This document shows positions 25,798 to 35,621 of a DNA stretch of 37,923 nt, in pieces. This stretch comes from a virus (taxonomy: Duplodnaviria; Caudoviricetes), in the IMG/VR virus record IMGVR_UViG_3300048851_000066, positions 1-37,923 of that record; one strand, 5' to 3'. Below the pieces are notes generated by a model, which was not told the origin of the DNA, searched no databases, and worked only from the letters and a program-made list of their open reading frames with translations. Every line of letters starts with the position of its first letter. The first letter of the stretch is position 1. Made by a program: the position numbers and the translations under genes.

Positions 25798-26742
25798 TCA
25801 GTAGCTCGCAATCTGGTTGACGACGGTGACGCGCGCCAGGTAGCCCGCCGTAGCGCCGTAGGACGCCTCCCAGGTCACGGGCAGTTCCAGCCCGGCCGGC
25901 CCGGACAGTTCCACGCCAGGGCGGGACAGGTAGACCTCAGCAAACTCCCACTTGATCAGCTTCGTCGCGCTGATCGTGAAGGAATATTCGAGGGTGCAGG
26001 GCGTCGAGGCGATGGCCTGCGTCTTGAGGGTGTTGTCCCGGAAGCGGATGCGCAAATCGCCGCCGGCGGTGAAGTTGCCGAAGTCGATCTCTTCCAGCCG
26101 CATGTCGCTGCGAATGGTCTGCACCCCGGACATGTTGTTGGACATGTTGATCCGGCCGCCGACCACCTGAGCCAGCGTGGCACCATCCTTCTTGATGGCG
26201 CCAGTCGGACGCATGAACCGCTGGCCGGGGTTAAAAGTCGGCGTGCCGGCGGCAGACACAATGGCCGTGGTCTCGTTGAGCCCCATCAGGCTGACGGTGG
26301 CATTCGCAGGTCCGTCCGGCGCCAGGTCGAGGGAGATCGCCCCCACCTTCACACCCAGGTATTGGTCGAAGGCCGGCACGTCCGGGAAAGCCTTCTCGAT
26401 AGTGAAATCCGGCAACGCCGTCTTCCCCGAGACAAAGACATGCGTCTTGTCCGTCGTCCCGGTTACCGTGGCCGCACCCATCAGGCCCTTCACCCAATAG
26501 GGGAAGTTCACCGTGTCGATTGGCACCTGAGCATCGCCAGCGATGTTGATGACGCCCAGGTAAGGCGCGCTGCCATTGCGCCCGAAGTTCGCGCTCAGCA
26601 GATCGTCCCGGCTCAGTGCCTGGGTGCCGCGAAGGCCGAATGTCTTGACCGGAAGCTGCACGAAGTCCCCCGTGGCCAGGGTCTCCGCGTTCACCTGTTC
26701 CTTGAGATAGATCTTGGCATTACTGCCGCGCGCGGTTGCCAT
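25798..26742 (-). CDS. Major tail tube protein
   Basis: 314 aa; ARGSNA...LPDFTIEK...YLGVKV...GELSGP-like motifs; position in the operon. Confidence 0.85.
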   Translation of the reverse strand: MATARGSNAKIYLKEQVNAETLATGDFVQLPVKTFGLRGTQALSRDDLLSANFGRNGSAPYLGVINIAGDAQVPIDTVNFPYWVKGLMGAATVTGTTDKTHVFVSGKTALPDFTIEKAFPDVPAFDQYLGVKVGAISLDLAPDGPANATVSLMGLNETTAIVSAAGTPTFNPGQRFMRPTGAIKKDGATLAQVVGGRINMSNNMSGVQTIRSDMRLEEIDFGNFTAGGDLRIRFRDNTLKTQAIASTPCTLEYSFTISATKLIKWEFAEVYLSRPGVELSGPAGLELPVTWEASYGATAGYLARVTVVNQIASY

Positions 26743-26745
26743 CGA

Positions 26746-27024
26746 TCAGGCCTCCTTCTCAGCGGTCTTGCTGGCCTTGGCGGCCTTGGCTTCGGCTTCC
26801 TTCGCCTCCTTGGCGAAGCGCTCATCCAGTTCCTTACGGGCCTGGGTGCCAGCGGCCACGGCGCGCTCCAGCTTGGAGCCCTTGCCATCGGCCAGGACCA
26901 GCAGGTCCATCTCGGCGAGCTGGGAGGCATGCCCGGTGGTGGCGGGGAACAGTTCCTTCGCCTCCAGGCGGCCAGCAGGGATCATGAGCGGTCGCGCTGC
27001 GACCACCTCGACGGTATCAGTCAT
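26746..27024 (-). CDS. Small hypothetical virion-module protein
   Basis: GGAG RBS, tight gene packing, Lys/Ala/Glu-rich C-terminus. Confidence 0.65.
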   Translation of the reverse strand: MTDTVEVVAARPLMIPAGRLEAKELFPATTGHASQLAEMDLLVLADGKGSKLERAVAAGTQARKELDERFAKEAKEAEAKAAKASKTAEKEA

Positions 27025-27062
27025 GATGAGGGCTCCTACGCGGCTAGAGCCGCCGAGGTTGG

Positions 27063-27563
27063 TCAGGCGAGGTCGACAAAGGCGGTGCCGCGGGGCACCT
27101 CGACCGTCAGGCTGAAGGCTTGGGTGAAGGTGATGCCGTTCTTCTCGCTGTCGCGGACGCCCATGCGGGTCAAGCCGAACTCGGTATCGACGGCGTCGAT
27201 CTCCAAGTAGCCGTCCACCAGCGGGATGGAGATCAGGGTGCCGGTGGTCACAATGGCTTCGATGATCCGGGCATGCAGGGCGTTGACCTGCTCATCCAGA
27301 GTGCCATCGTCTCCGGTGTCAGGCGCCTCGACAGCGCCCTCTACCAGCCAGGACAGGCGGTAGGCTTCCAGCCCCAGGACCTCCATGCCGGCGTTGACCT
27401 GCTCGCCGTCATGGCAGCGGATGCAAGGCATCGGGTCGCTGGAGCCGATCTCGTTGAACGGGTTCCGGGCAATGGCCGCGTCCCCGAACATCTCCGGGAA
27501 GGCTGCCTGCAGGCGCTCGTGCATGGTGGAATAGACGGCATCACGGAAGGTCGTGCGGGCCAT
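27063..27563 (-). CDS. Tail terminator (gpU-like)
   Basis: Acidic 166-aa protein between the head-tail joining and tube genes. Confidence 0.6.
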   Translation of the reverse strand: MARTTFRDAVYSTMHERLQAAFPEMFGDAAIARNPFNEIGSSDPMPCIRCHDGEQVNAGMEVLGLEAYRLSWLVEGAVEAPDTGDDGTLDEQVNALHARIIEAIVTTGTLISIPLVDGYLEIDAVDTEFGLTRMGVRDSEKNGITFTQAFSLTVEVPRGTAFVDLA

Positions 27564-27566
27564 GGG

Positions 27567-27899
27567 TCAGTCCTGCCGGGACAGGCCGAGGGTGAAGAAG
27601 GCCTCGGTGCCATCCTGGTCCACGGTTTCCACCTTCCAGCCCTTCTCGCTGCCGATCGCGATCAAGTCACCCCGCTCCGGACGGCCTGGCGCCACGTCGG
27701 CGGCAGTGATGATCGCCATCACGCGAACCGACGCCTTGCCAGTCCGCCCGAAGTTGCCGAGTTCGGCATCCTCAGGCTGGCGGAACACCGCTTGGAAAGT
27801 CAGCGGCGGCCCGCCCTGCTTGAACATGTAGGTGACAGTCTCTCCGCCCACGCGCGCCATGACGGCAGCCGCACGGGCGAACACGGGGCGGAGGGACAT
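27567..27899 (-). CDS. Head-tail joining protein (gpFII-like)
   Basis: 110 aa; GETVTY...PERGDLIAIG...WKVETV; position in the operon. Confidence 0.7.
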   Translation of the reverse strand: MSLRPVFARAAAVMARVGGETVTYMFKQGGPPLTFQAVFRQPEDAELGNFGRTGKASVRVMAIITAADVAPGRPERGDLIAIGSEKGWKVETVDQDGTEAFFTLGLSRQD

Positions 27900-28228
27900 C
27901 AGAAGGAGCCGTTCAGGCGAACGCGGACAGTCGCATCACCAGCCGCCGCGGCAACCGTAGCCACGCCGATCTTGGTGTTGCCCGACGCGGTGGTGGTCAC
28001 GACGGAGTTGGTGCCGTCCCAATAGACCAGTGCACCCTGGGCCGGCGTGACGGATGCCGCCTTGGGCAGGTCCACGACGCCCGTGGTTTCGATGGTGACC
28101 GTCTCGCCGCTCAGGGCAGACTTGGTGCACACGCCGAACATGGAACCGATCAGGATGCCCTGACCGCTGACGACGTTCGCGGGAGCAGTGACCGGGATCA
28201 GAGCCCCGATCTGAACATAGTTACGCAT
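27899..28228 (-). CDS. DUF2190-family capsid cement/decoration protein
   Basis: MRNYVQIG...APANVVSG...GVVDLPK...GALVYWD...KIGVA...VRVRLN. Confidence 0.88.
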   Translation of the reverse strand: MRNYVQIGALIPVTAPANVVSGQGILIGSMFGVCTKSALSGETVTIETTGVVDLPKAASVTPAQGALVYWDGTNSVVTTTASGNTKIGVATVAAAAGDATVRVRLNGSF

Positions 28229-28249
28229 GGAGGTTCTCCTTGCCTACGA

Positions 28250-30355
28250 TCAGGCGCCGGGGTTCTTGTAAGCGCCGCGGAAGTCGATAGCGCCGACGCC
28301 GAAGTCGATGGCCGCCTTGATCTCCAGGCCATCCACCTCGAAGCCCACGCGCTCCTCGACCCGCGGCTCCTCGCGACCGTTCAGGAAGGTCACGAAGAAG
28401 CCCTCCGTCTCGGCCGGCGTCGCCAGGATGTACCAGGTGTTACCCGTCAGGTACGGCGAGACGATCAGCGTCAGGCTATTGGCGAAGATGTTGCGCGACT
28501 GATCGGAAAGGGTGTCGGAGGCCAGGAAGGTCTGCGCCTCGGTCTCCTTGTCCGGCGACACCACCAGATAGCGGGGCTGGACGTCGATCGGGTTGCCGTC
28601 CTGGTTCTTCTGGGTCCGCATCGCCTTGCGGGCGGCACCCACCGTCGTCGGGTTGATCGGGCCACCCGCCGCGGCCAGGTTGCCGTGGTTGGCATGGTAG
28701 AAGGCCACGCCATCCGACAGGGTCGGGGGCGCCACGAACATCGCCCAGAAGGCCTTGCGGATCGCACGCGCGGCAGAGGTGCCGAACTGCGCCGGCAGGC
28801 GGGTGAAGGCGCCCAGGTCGTCGTTGATCAGCAGTTCGCGGGTGACGCCGAAGATGCGACCATACTTCTTGATCTGCAGCTTCTCGCCGCTCTCGGACAT
28901 CGTGCCGTAGGTGTAGGGCTGGTGCTCGCCCGTCTCCAGCAGGTCCGGGGCATCGCCCATGCGGGCATAGCTCACCGGCTTGTAGTCGGCATGCGAGGAC
29001 ACCGTCACCAGCGGGCGCCAGTCCTGCACCACTGCCCCATAGGCGTTCAGCAGGGTCTTGCGAGCCACATTGGCCAGCACCAACGGGAAGTCGCTGGTGG
29101 TGTGCAGGCCGGCCGCCGCCATGAAGTTCGGCATGCCGAGCGCGGCGCCGGCCAGTTCCATGCGGTCCATGCCGCGGGTATTGCCGCCCATGGCCGTCAG
29201 GGCCTCACGGCCCATCTCGGCCAGGCTCATGCCCATGAAGTCCCGGCCCTTCTGCAGGTCGGCGCCCTTGATGCCCGCGCGGGCCAGCAGGGCGTGCTCC
29301 ATAGCTTCGCGGCGGCCAACACGCTGGTCCTGGCCCACGGCGTTGATGCCGGCGGTGCGCTGGGGTGCGGCGGCTGCCAGGGCGTCAATGGCCGCGTCCT
29401 GCACCGCGGCGGCCGTGGCGGCGGCGGCCAGCTGAGCCACGATGAAGTCGCTGCCGAGACGGGCGCGCGCAGCGATGGCCTGGATTTCGGCCAGGGTCGC
29501 CGCCTGGGGGGCATTCTGGGTCACTGCGGGTTCCTGGGTCGCCAGCGGGGGCTGCGCGACGGCGGTGGGGGTGACAGGGATGGTCGTGGCGGCGGGCGTG
29601 CCCGCCGGGGTGGTCGTAGCGGTCAAGGAGACCTCCTCGGGTTGGGCCGGCGCCGCCGGCGGGGTAGCAGCGCGGGCCATCGCAACGATGGGCTCCGGCG
29701 CGTTCCGAAAGCGCGCGACCAGATCCGCGGCGCGCGCTGTAAAGGGGGCCTTGGCGGTGACGCCTGCCGGCGCCTCCTGCAGGCTGTCGGCAAAGCCCTG
29801 GGCCACGGCTTCCTCAGCCGTTAGCCACGTCTCAGCGTCGAGCATCGCTGTCACAACTTCCGGTTCCAGACCGGTGCGGGCTGCGAACACGTCGCGCTGC
29901 AGGGCATCGATCCGCTCCAGCACCTTGATCATGTCGGCCATGGTGTTGCGGTCGCCGAAAGCGCCGCCGCTGGAGTTGTGGATCATCATGAACGAGGCCT
30001 GCGGCATCTGGATCTCGTCCGCGGCCATGGTGAAGAAGGCCGCGATGGACGCCGCCAGCGCCTCGACGATGATGGTCTTGTGGCCCTGGTGCCGCGCCAG
30101 CAGGTTGTAGATGGCGAAGCCCTCGAAGACCGAACCGCCCACGCTGTTGACGCGGATGGTCAGGTCGCGGCCGGCCAGGGGCTTGATAGCTTCACGCACG
30201 CCGCGCGCCGTCAGGTCCCAGCCCACTTCACCGTAAAGCTCGACTTCAGCGGGGCCAGATGCCAGAGCGGTGACGCGGATGGCGCCCGGACGATCGGCAA
30301 GCGGTGGCAACTCGGCCACCAACGCATCGCGCTGGGCGGCAAGGTCCAATGGCAT
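28250..30355 (-). CDS. ClpP-like prohead protease / major capsid protein fusion
   Basis: VNSVGGSVFEG, LAASIA, MMIHN, ETWLTAEEAVAQGFAD; Pro/Thr/Ala linker; capsid part HTTSDFP...YGRIFGVTRELLINDDLGAF...PRYLVV...DFRGAYKNPGA. Confidence 0.92.
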   Translation of the reverse strand: MPLDLAAQRDALVAELPPLADRPGAIRVTALASGPAEVELYGEVGWDLTARGVREAIKPLAGRDLTIRVNSVGGSVFEGFAIYNLLARHQGHKTIIVEALAASIAAFFTMAADEIQMPQASFMMIHNSSGGAFGDRNTMADMIKVLERIDALQRDVFAARTGLEPEVVTAMLDAETWLTAEEAVAQGFADSLQEAPAGVTAKAPFTARAADLVARFRNAPEPIVAMARAATPPAAPAQPEEVSLTATTTPAGTPAATTIPVTPTAVAQPPLATQEPAVTQNAPQAATLAEIQAIAARARLGSDFIVAQLAAAATAAAVQDAAIDALAAAAPQRTAGINAVGQDQRVGRREAMEHALLARAGIKGADLQKGRDFMGMSLAEMGREALTAMGGNTRGMDRMELAGAALGMPNFMAAAGLHTTSDFPLVLANVARKTLLNAYGAVVQDWRPLVTVSSHADYKPVSYARMGDAPDLLETGEHQPYTYGTMSESGEKLQIKKYGRIFGVTRELLINDDLGAFTRLPAQFGTSAARAIRKAFWAMFVAPPTLSDGVAFYHANHGNLAAAGGPINPTTVGAARKAMRTQKNQDGNPIDVQPRYLVVSPDKETEAQTFLASDTLSDQSRNIFANSLTLIVSPYLTGNTWYILATPAETEGFFVTFLNGREEPRVEERVGFEVDGLEIKAAIDFGVGAIDFRGAYKNPGA

Positions 30356-30370
30356 GATGTGCTGTCCCTG

Positions 30371-31873
30371 TTAGTTGGCCGGTGCCGGCCGGCCGTTCGC
30401 GCCCAACTGGACGGCGGCGTTCTGCTTGGGGTCTTGCGCACCGCCAGAGAGCGTCGTGCGGCGCGGGTCGCTGTCGAGGATGATCCCAGCCGCGTCCAGC
30501 TTGGCGTTCCAGTCCTGGATCTCTTTCAGCATCCGCTCCGGGTCGAAGCCCAACTCGGACACCGCCTGAGGCCATGACATGAGGCCGCTGCGCACCATGT
30601 CGCGCAGCATTGGCACTTCCTCGCCCGGGTTGGTCATCTCCATCCGCGGCGGCCCCCACTCCACCGGGTACTCGCCTGGTGCCAGCGCACCAGCCGCAAT
30701 AGCGGCACGCAGGAACGCATCAGCGACCGGTTGGCACATCCGTGGAATGAAGACCTGCCATTGGTCCGTCTCGACCAGCCGGCGAAACTCGATCTTGCCG
30801 GCCCGGAGGCTGGAGAAGTTGGCGTTCCGCAGATCGCCGGTCAGTTGGTCATATGTCACGCCCCAGCCCACCGAGATCGCCATCAGCGCATGCATGGCGA
30901 ACGGCTCGAACGAGCCCGCACCGGTCGGCTGCAGGAACTTCGGTTCGGTCCCGGGCGGCAGGGCCATGGTCATGCCCGGTACGAGGTCAAAAGCCGGGAT
31001 ATCCGCCGCGCCTTCCTCGCCCGGCACGCTGCCGGTAGCCTCCGGATCGATGTTAGAGGTGAAGAAGACCCCCATCATCGTCTGCGTGATGGCCTGCTGG
31101 ACCGCCGTATCCTCGTAATCGTCCAACTGCCGCAGCCGAAGCAGGGCGGAAGCCGCGTCCGGCACACCCCGGACCTGTCCCGGCCGCTGCATGCGGTAGA
31201 TGTGCAGGATCTGCTCTGCCGGGATGGCCTGCAGGTCATCTCCGCTAGTCAGAAAGCCGCTCAACTCGCCCGGATGCTCCCGGCGCATCCAGTACCGCAC
31301 CCGCTGACCTGCGGAATTGAACTCAATACCCTGGACCACCCGGTTGCTGGCCGGGGTGCGCCCTTCCAGGAGGGTGCTGCTGTCCTCAGGGAGGAAGTCA
31401 CCCTCCAGAAGCTCCAGTTGCAGCGGCACTTTCAGCCCGCGCCGACGCATCTCGCCCGCAGTCAGCGGCACCAGGCGCAACAACGCCTCGCCGGCCTCGG
31501 AACGCGTGCGAGCGGCCAGGTACTGCTGCCCGTTGAAGTCCAGCATGCCGTTCAGGTCGCAGTGCTTGCACCACTCGTCCCACAGCGCCTGGACGATAGG
31601 GTCCTTCCACCGGGCCGTGATGCCGTAGCCGATCTGGTGCTGCGCCACGATCGTGACCGCCCGGGCCGCATACGGGTTGTCGCGGACCATCTGACGCGAC
31701 CTGGCGCGCAGCATGGCCAGCGCCGGACCAATGGCAGCGTTCGGTCCCGACTGATCCGCTCGCCAGTTACGTGTGCGGTGGGCCGGGCGGCCGGCGGCAT
31801 AGGCGCGAGGCGCCTTCCGAATACCTATCAGCTTCAGCAATGCATCGGTGAGGGCAAATGGTTTACCAGCCAC
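30371..31873 (-). CDS. Portal protein, lambda family
   Basis: LRARSRQMVRDNPYA, GIEF, ILHIYRMQRPGQVRGVP, LTGDLRNANFSSLRAG. Confidence 0.95.
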   Translation of the reverse strand: MAGKPFALTDALLKLIGIRKAPRAYAAGRPAHRTRNWRADQSGPNAAIGPALAMLRARSRQMVRDNPYAARAVTIVAQHQIGYGITARWKDPIVQALWDEWCKHCDLNGMLDFNGQQYLAARTRSEAGEALLRLVPLTAGEMRRRGLKVPLQLELLEGDFLPEDSSTLLEGRTPASNRVVQGIEFNSAGQRVRYWMRREHPGELSGFLTSGDDLQAIPAEQILHIYRMQRPGQVRGVPDAASALLRLRQLDDYEDTAVQQAITQTMMGVFFTSNIDPEATGSVPGEEGAADIPAFDLVPGMTMALPPGTEPKFLQPTGAGSFEPFAMHALMAISVGWGVTYDQLTGDLRNANFSSLRAGKIEFRRLVETDQWQVFIPRMCQPVADAFLRAAIAAGALAPGEYPVEWGPPRMEMTNPGEEVPMLRDMVRSGLMSWPQAVSELGFDPERMLKEIQDWNAKLDAAGIILDSDPRRTTLSGGAQDPKQNAAVQLGANGRPAPAN

Positions 31874-32123
31874 GGTACGGCCTCACACCGAACCACTGCG
31901 GCTTGACCATGACGCCAACTCCGCCCGAGATGAGGATGGCGCGCTCACGGCGCAGGGTGTTCAGGGCTAGCACCATCTCGTCCATGGATCGGTAGTCGAC
32001 GCCGCTGCCATCCGGGAACCGAACCTTGAGTTCCCCAGACCCCATTGCCCGAACGGTAGCCGCAATCCGCCCGTCAAGTTCCGCCACGGTTAGTGGGAGG
32101 GTCGAACCATCCATTGGAACCAT
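31863..32123 (-). CDS. Head completion protein (gpW-like)
   Basis: GGAGG RBS; AMGSGELKVRFPDGSGVDYRSMDEM; between TerL and portal. Confidence 0.85.
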   Translation of the reverse strand: MVPMDGSTLPLTVAELDGRIAATVRAMGSGELKVRFPDGSGVDYRSMDEMVLALNTLRRERAILISGGVGVMVKPQWFGVRPYRGW

Positions 32124-32125
32124 CG

Positions 32126-34117
32126 TCACCTCCCAAACCAACTGCCCGTACTCGGATACCGGGGCGCGTAGCGGGCCTTCGGCTTCGGGGTCGTCTCAAC
32201 ACTCGGCGGAGCGGGCGGCACCACGGGCGCAGGCTCATCTTCCTCCGCTTCCGGCGCATCCGGCTGCGGTGGCTCAGGCTCGCGTTCCATGGCGTAAGTC
32301 TGCTCCAGTGCCCGCCAGCGCGACGGAGCCCAGCGATCCGCGCCGATGGCGGAGAACACCGCTCGGGCGTACTTCCAGCAGTCCAGCGCCTCGCGGGCGT
32401 AGACCGGCTTCCATTCGGCCTTGTCCTCCAGCCACTGGTCACCGACCAGCTGCTTGCAGACCTCTTCACTCGCCAGCCCATTTAGGTGGACAAAGCCGGC
32501 GGGGTGGATCACCCCTTCGGCTGCGTCATCCTCGGTCGGCGGGTCCAGCGCCAGGAAGCCATACAGTTCCAGCGTTGCCAGATGGCCACCCACCATGCCG
32601 CGGCGGAGGCTGCCTCGTGCCGCCTTGCCTGAGGCCGTCTTGTCCTTCGTGCCAGACCACGCGAAGATCGGCGCGCTCAGTGTCGTGGCGCCTTTGACCG
32701 GGATCACCAGCCCCGGATGGCGCCGCGCCCAGCTCTCCACCTGTGTTGTGGCGAAGCCGGTGTCCGCGCCGACCTTAGCCAGCCGCATTTCCAGCCCAGA
32801 GGCATGGAACCAGTTGCGCTGTACTTCCTTGCTGGCCTCGTCCCAGACCTGGCGCAGGTAGGGGTTCCCCATCAGGACGATGTGGTCGACCAACCAGCAC
32901 TGGCGGTCCCTGCCCCAGCCCCAAACGTAGATCTCAATGCGGTCCTTCTGGACGTCCAGGCCGGCAGTCAGCAGCAGCACATCGGCCGGCACCACGCCGA
33001 CCGGATATTTCTCTCTCCGGTCATACAGCCGGCGCCATTCCGGCGCTTCGCCGCGGACCTGCCATGTCTCGCCCAACGTCTGATTGACGAAGGTCATCAG
33101 CGTGTTGGGGTCCTTCCGGACCGCCAAAAACTCTTTCACCAGTTCCAGCCAAGCGGCGCCAGCGAACTGACTATATCCGGCCCAGATGTGGAAAGACCGA
33201 TGGCTTGGCCCGTTCTCTGGCGCGTGCGCGACCCACTCGCCTGCCTCATCCATGGCGGCCTTGTGGCTCTCTTCGATGTCGCAGCCCTTCTCGCACCGGT
33301 ACCAGGCGCGGGTCGGCTTCTTCTTCGGCGCCCAGCGGATGCCGGCTCCTGTGCCATCCCCAAAGATCAGGCGCTGCTTGTGCCCGCAGTGGGGGCACGG
33401 CACGTACCGGTGCTCCTGCGTCCCCTGGAGGAACAGCGCATCAATGCGGCTGGCACCAGCAATCGTGGGCGTACTGCCGGCGGCCTTCAGAGGCTCGTCC
33501 GATGTCAGGCACCGCTTGAACGCCAGCGCCGCTTGGTCGCCCTCCCTGCCGGCCGATAGGGGGTAGCCATCCGGCTCCTCCAGCAGCACCTTATCAGCGG
33601 TGACACGCCGGAACTCCTTAGGGCTGTTCGCCCCCTTGATCTGGATGAACCCGCCCGGAAAGCGCTTAGCCCGTACCTGGTTGTCTGGGTGACGCGGCTT
33701 GAACTCCACCACGCTGCGGACCACCGGCCACTGCAGCACCGGTTCCAAGTCGTCCTTGCTGTACTTCTCCGCGTCGTCGATCGTTGGCTGGTAGATCAGC
33801 AGCCTCGTGGGCCGCTGATGGATGCAGTAGGCGACGAAGTTCTGGACAATCTGCGAGTAGCCGAGGCGGCTACCCTTCTTGACCGTGATCTGCGTGACCT
33901 TCGGGTCCGTGAAGGCGTCCGCGATACCATTCTGAAACGGGAACGCCTTGTAGCGCCGGCCATCAACCAGTCGCGCATGCTTCGCGGACCACTCCGACAG
34001 GCTGACCGACCTCTTGGGCTTCCACGCCTGGAACCACTTGGTGGCCTCTTCGGCCTCTCTGGAGCCAGTGACAGAGAACGTGTCAGGCGTCCTCGGCGCT
34101 GACGTCGACTTCTTCAT
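32126..34117 (-). CDS. Terminase large subunit, lambda GpA family
   Basis: KGSRLGYS (Walker A), VLLEEPDGY (Walker B), GSTPT, YVPCPHCG, FVNQTLGE, LTAGLDVQKDR, EALDCWKYA. Confidence 0.96.
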   Translation of the reverse strand: MKKSTSAPRTPDTFSVTGSREAEEATKWFQAWKPKRSVSLSEWSAKHARLVDGRRYKAFPFQNGIADAFTDPKVTQITVKKGSRLGYSQIVQNFVAYCIHQRPTRLLIYQPTIDDAEKYSKDDLEPVLQWPVVRSVVEFKPRHPDNQVRAKRFPGGFIQIKGANSPKEFRRVTADKVLLEEPDGYPLSAGREGDQAALAFKRCLTSDEPLKAAGSTPTIAGASRIDALFLQGTQEHRYVPCPHCGHKQRLIFGDGTGAGIRWAPKKKPTRAWYRCEKGCDIEESHKAAMDEAGEWVAHAPENGPSHRSFHIWAGYSQFAGAAWLELVKEFLAVRKDPNTLMTFVNQTLGETWQVRGEAPEWRRLYDRREKYPVGVVPADVLLLTAGLDVQKDRIEIYVWGWGRDRQCWLVDHIVLMGNPYLRQVWDEASKEVQRNWFHASGLEMRLAKVGADTGFATTQVESWARRHPGLVIPVKGATTLSAPIFAWSGTKDKTASGKAARGSLRRGMVGGHLATLELYGFLALDPPTEDDAAEGVIHPAGFVHLNGLASEEVCKQLVGDQWLEDKAEWKPVYAREALDCWKYARAVFSAIGADRWAPSRWRALEQTYAMEREPEPPQPDAPEAEEDEPAPVVPPAPPSVETTPKPKARYAPRYPSTGSWFGR

Positions 34118-34580
34118 GGTCGTCCCCGCCCGCGACTTCCTGCACGCGCGTCATGCTCAGTTCTTCCAGCGCATCCTCGACCGCCGTGTCGATCCGGACC
34201 CGTAGCGCGGCGTCGCCCTTGGCCACCGAGGCACCAACCCGCGCCAGGCGGGCCTTGCAGCCCTCGATCAGGCCGATGATGGCGTTGGTGTAGGGCGCTG
34301 CCAGCACCAGTTCACCGCGCTCCCTGGCGTTCTTCATGGCCTGGGCGTCAGCCTGCTCCTTGGCGAGGCGGGCACGCTCCGCAACGAGGTCCAGCCCCTC
34401 GTCGTCGGCTTCATCGGATGCCCGGCCTGCCGCTCGTTCCCTCAGGTAGCGGATGTAGGAGACCCTACACTCGTCGAGCCTACCCTTCCTGGCCTTTGGA
34501 AACACCCCCCGCTGCCGAAGCTCACGGACACTCCGATCTGAAATGTCGAGGTGCGCCGCAATCTCAGCGTCGGTGGCCAT
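34083..34580 (-). CDS. Terminase small subunit (Nu1-like)
   Basis: N-terminal HTH (EIAAHLDISDRSVREL), YIRYLRERAAGR, ERARLAKEQAD...KNARERGELV. Confidence 0.9.
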   Translation of the reverse strand: MATDAEIAAHLDISDRSVRELRQRGVFPKARKGRLDECRVSYIRYLRERAAGRASDEADDEGLDLVAERARLAKEQADAQAMKNARERGELVLAAPYTNAIIGLIEGCKARLARVGASVAKGDAALRVRIDTAVEDALEELSMTRVQEVAGGDDHEEVDVSAEDA

Positions 34581-34644
34581 ACCTGCTCCGTCTCCAATAG
34601 CGGAAGCGGAACCCCCTTATGCGGCCCGCGCCTAGGCAAATGTC

Positions 34645-34687
34645 GGGGCTCGAACCCCTGCGATACGAAATCTGCCCGGAAGGACCC
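34645..34687 (-). other. Predicted cos site (cosQ + cosN)
   Basis: - strand GGGTCCT (identical to lambda cosQ), then 23 nt, then G|GGGTTCGAGCCC|C, just upstream of TerS. Confidence 0.75.
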
Positions 34688-34793
34688 AACGGGGGCGGGG
34701 TACCCCCTCCCCTCCGGCCCCTCCATGCGACCGGCGCGGGTCTGGGCGCCTTTTCAGGTCCATACCCCCTAGAAATGCATAGCTCCCGGCCGA

Positions 34794-35546
34794 TCAGGGC
34801 CTCGGCGCGACTGCCGCCCCAGCCTCGGCCTGGAAATTCGCCTGCATCTTCGCCACGGTGGTCGCTCTGGCCACCTCGTGCCAGTTCAGCCGCTTCCGGT
34901 ACCGCGGCGCATCCTTCATGAAGAAGTAGACGGGCATCGGACGGCCGGCCGCGTTCTTCCGGTAGATGCCTGGGGCCAGGGCATTGCCCGAGAGGTCCGT
35001 CCCCTCGCCTCGCCCAAAGATGGCGAAGTATTCCGTCCTGCTCTTGCGGGTTCGCTTGCCGCGTCGTGCCGCCCGGTTGTCGCCCCGCAGCAGGACGTTC
35101 AACTGCGACATGATCTGCGTCAGCTCGCCGCGGCTCGGGTTGCCGTTGGCGTCATACTGAGCGAACCGCGCCGGCATCATGTAGAGCGGTGCACCACCCG
35201 GCCTCAGGCCTTGGATGCGGATCTCGCTGCGCTTCTGAGCCCGGGTTCCGCCATAGACCTGAGTGCCGATCATCTCCTGCGGTGAGCCACCGCGGATGTT
35301 GCCGGCCCGCTCCCTGAACCCGACCTCAGCCACCAGGTCATCCCGCCTTGCCCACTTGATGCTCGTGCTGTTCAGCACGTAGGGCGTGGGCTTGTAGAAG
35401 ACCCGCTTCATCTCGGCCTGCAGCGCCTGCTGCACATCCTGCGCCGTCTTGTTTAGCGCCTTATAGGCGGCGTTGCGGAGGCGGCTGGAGTTGGCCTGGA
35501 TGGCGGCCCGGAACTCTTCGGTGGGAAGGCTGATGCCGATCTGCAT
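34794..35546 (-). CDS. gpZ-like tail completion/neck protein
   Basis: GGAGG RBS; basic 250-aa protein with ALNKTAQDV...FYKPTPYVLNS. Confidence 0.6.
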   Translation of the reverse strand: MQIGISLPTEEFRAAIQANSSRLRNAAYKALNKTAQDVQQALQAEMKRVFYKPTPYVLNSTSIKWARRDDLVAEVGFRERAGNIRGGSPQEMIGTQVYGGTRAQKRSEIRIQGLRPGGAPLYMMPARFAQYDANGNPSRGELTQIMSQLNVLLRGDNRAARRGKRTRKSRTEYFAIFGRGEGTDLSGNALAPGIYRKNAAGRPMPVYFFMKDAPRYRKRLNWHEVARATTVAKMQANFQAEAGAAVAPRP

Positions 35547-35565
35547 CTAAGCCTCCAGATACGAC

Positions 35566-35595
35566 AAAGCCCCAGAAGCAGGGCTTCCAGGGCTT
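35566..35595 (-). terminator. tR'-like hairpin in the late-operon leader
   Basis: - strand AAGCCCTGGAAGC-cct-GCTTCTGGGGCTT followed by TGTCGT. Confidence 0.6.
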
Positions 35596-35621
35596 CGGGC
35601 GCAAAGCGCACTAATAATGTT

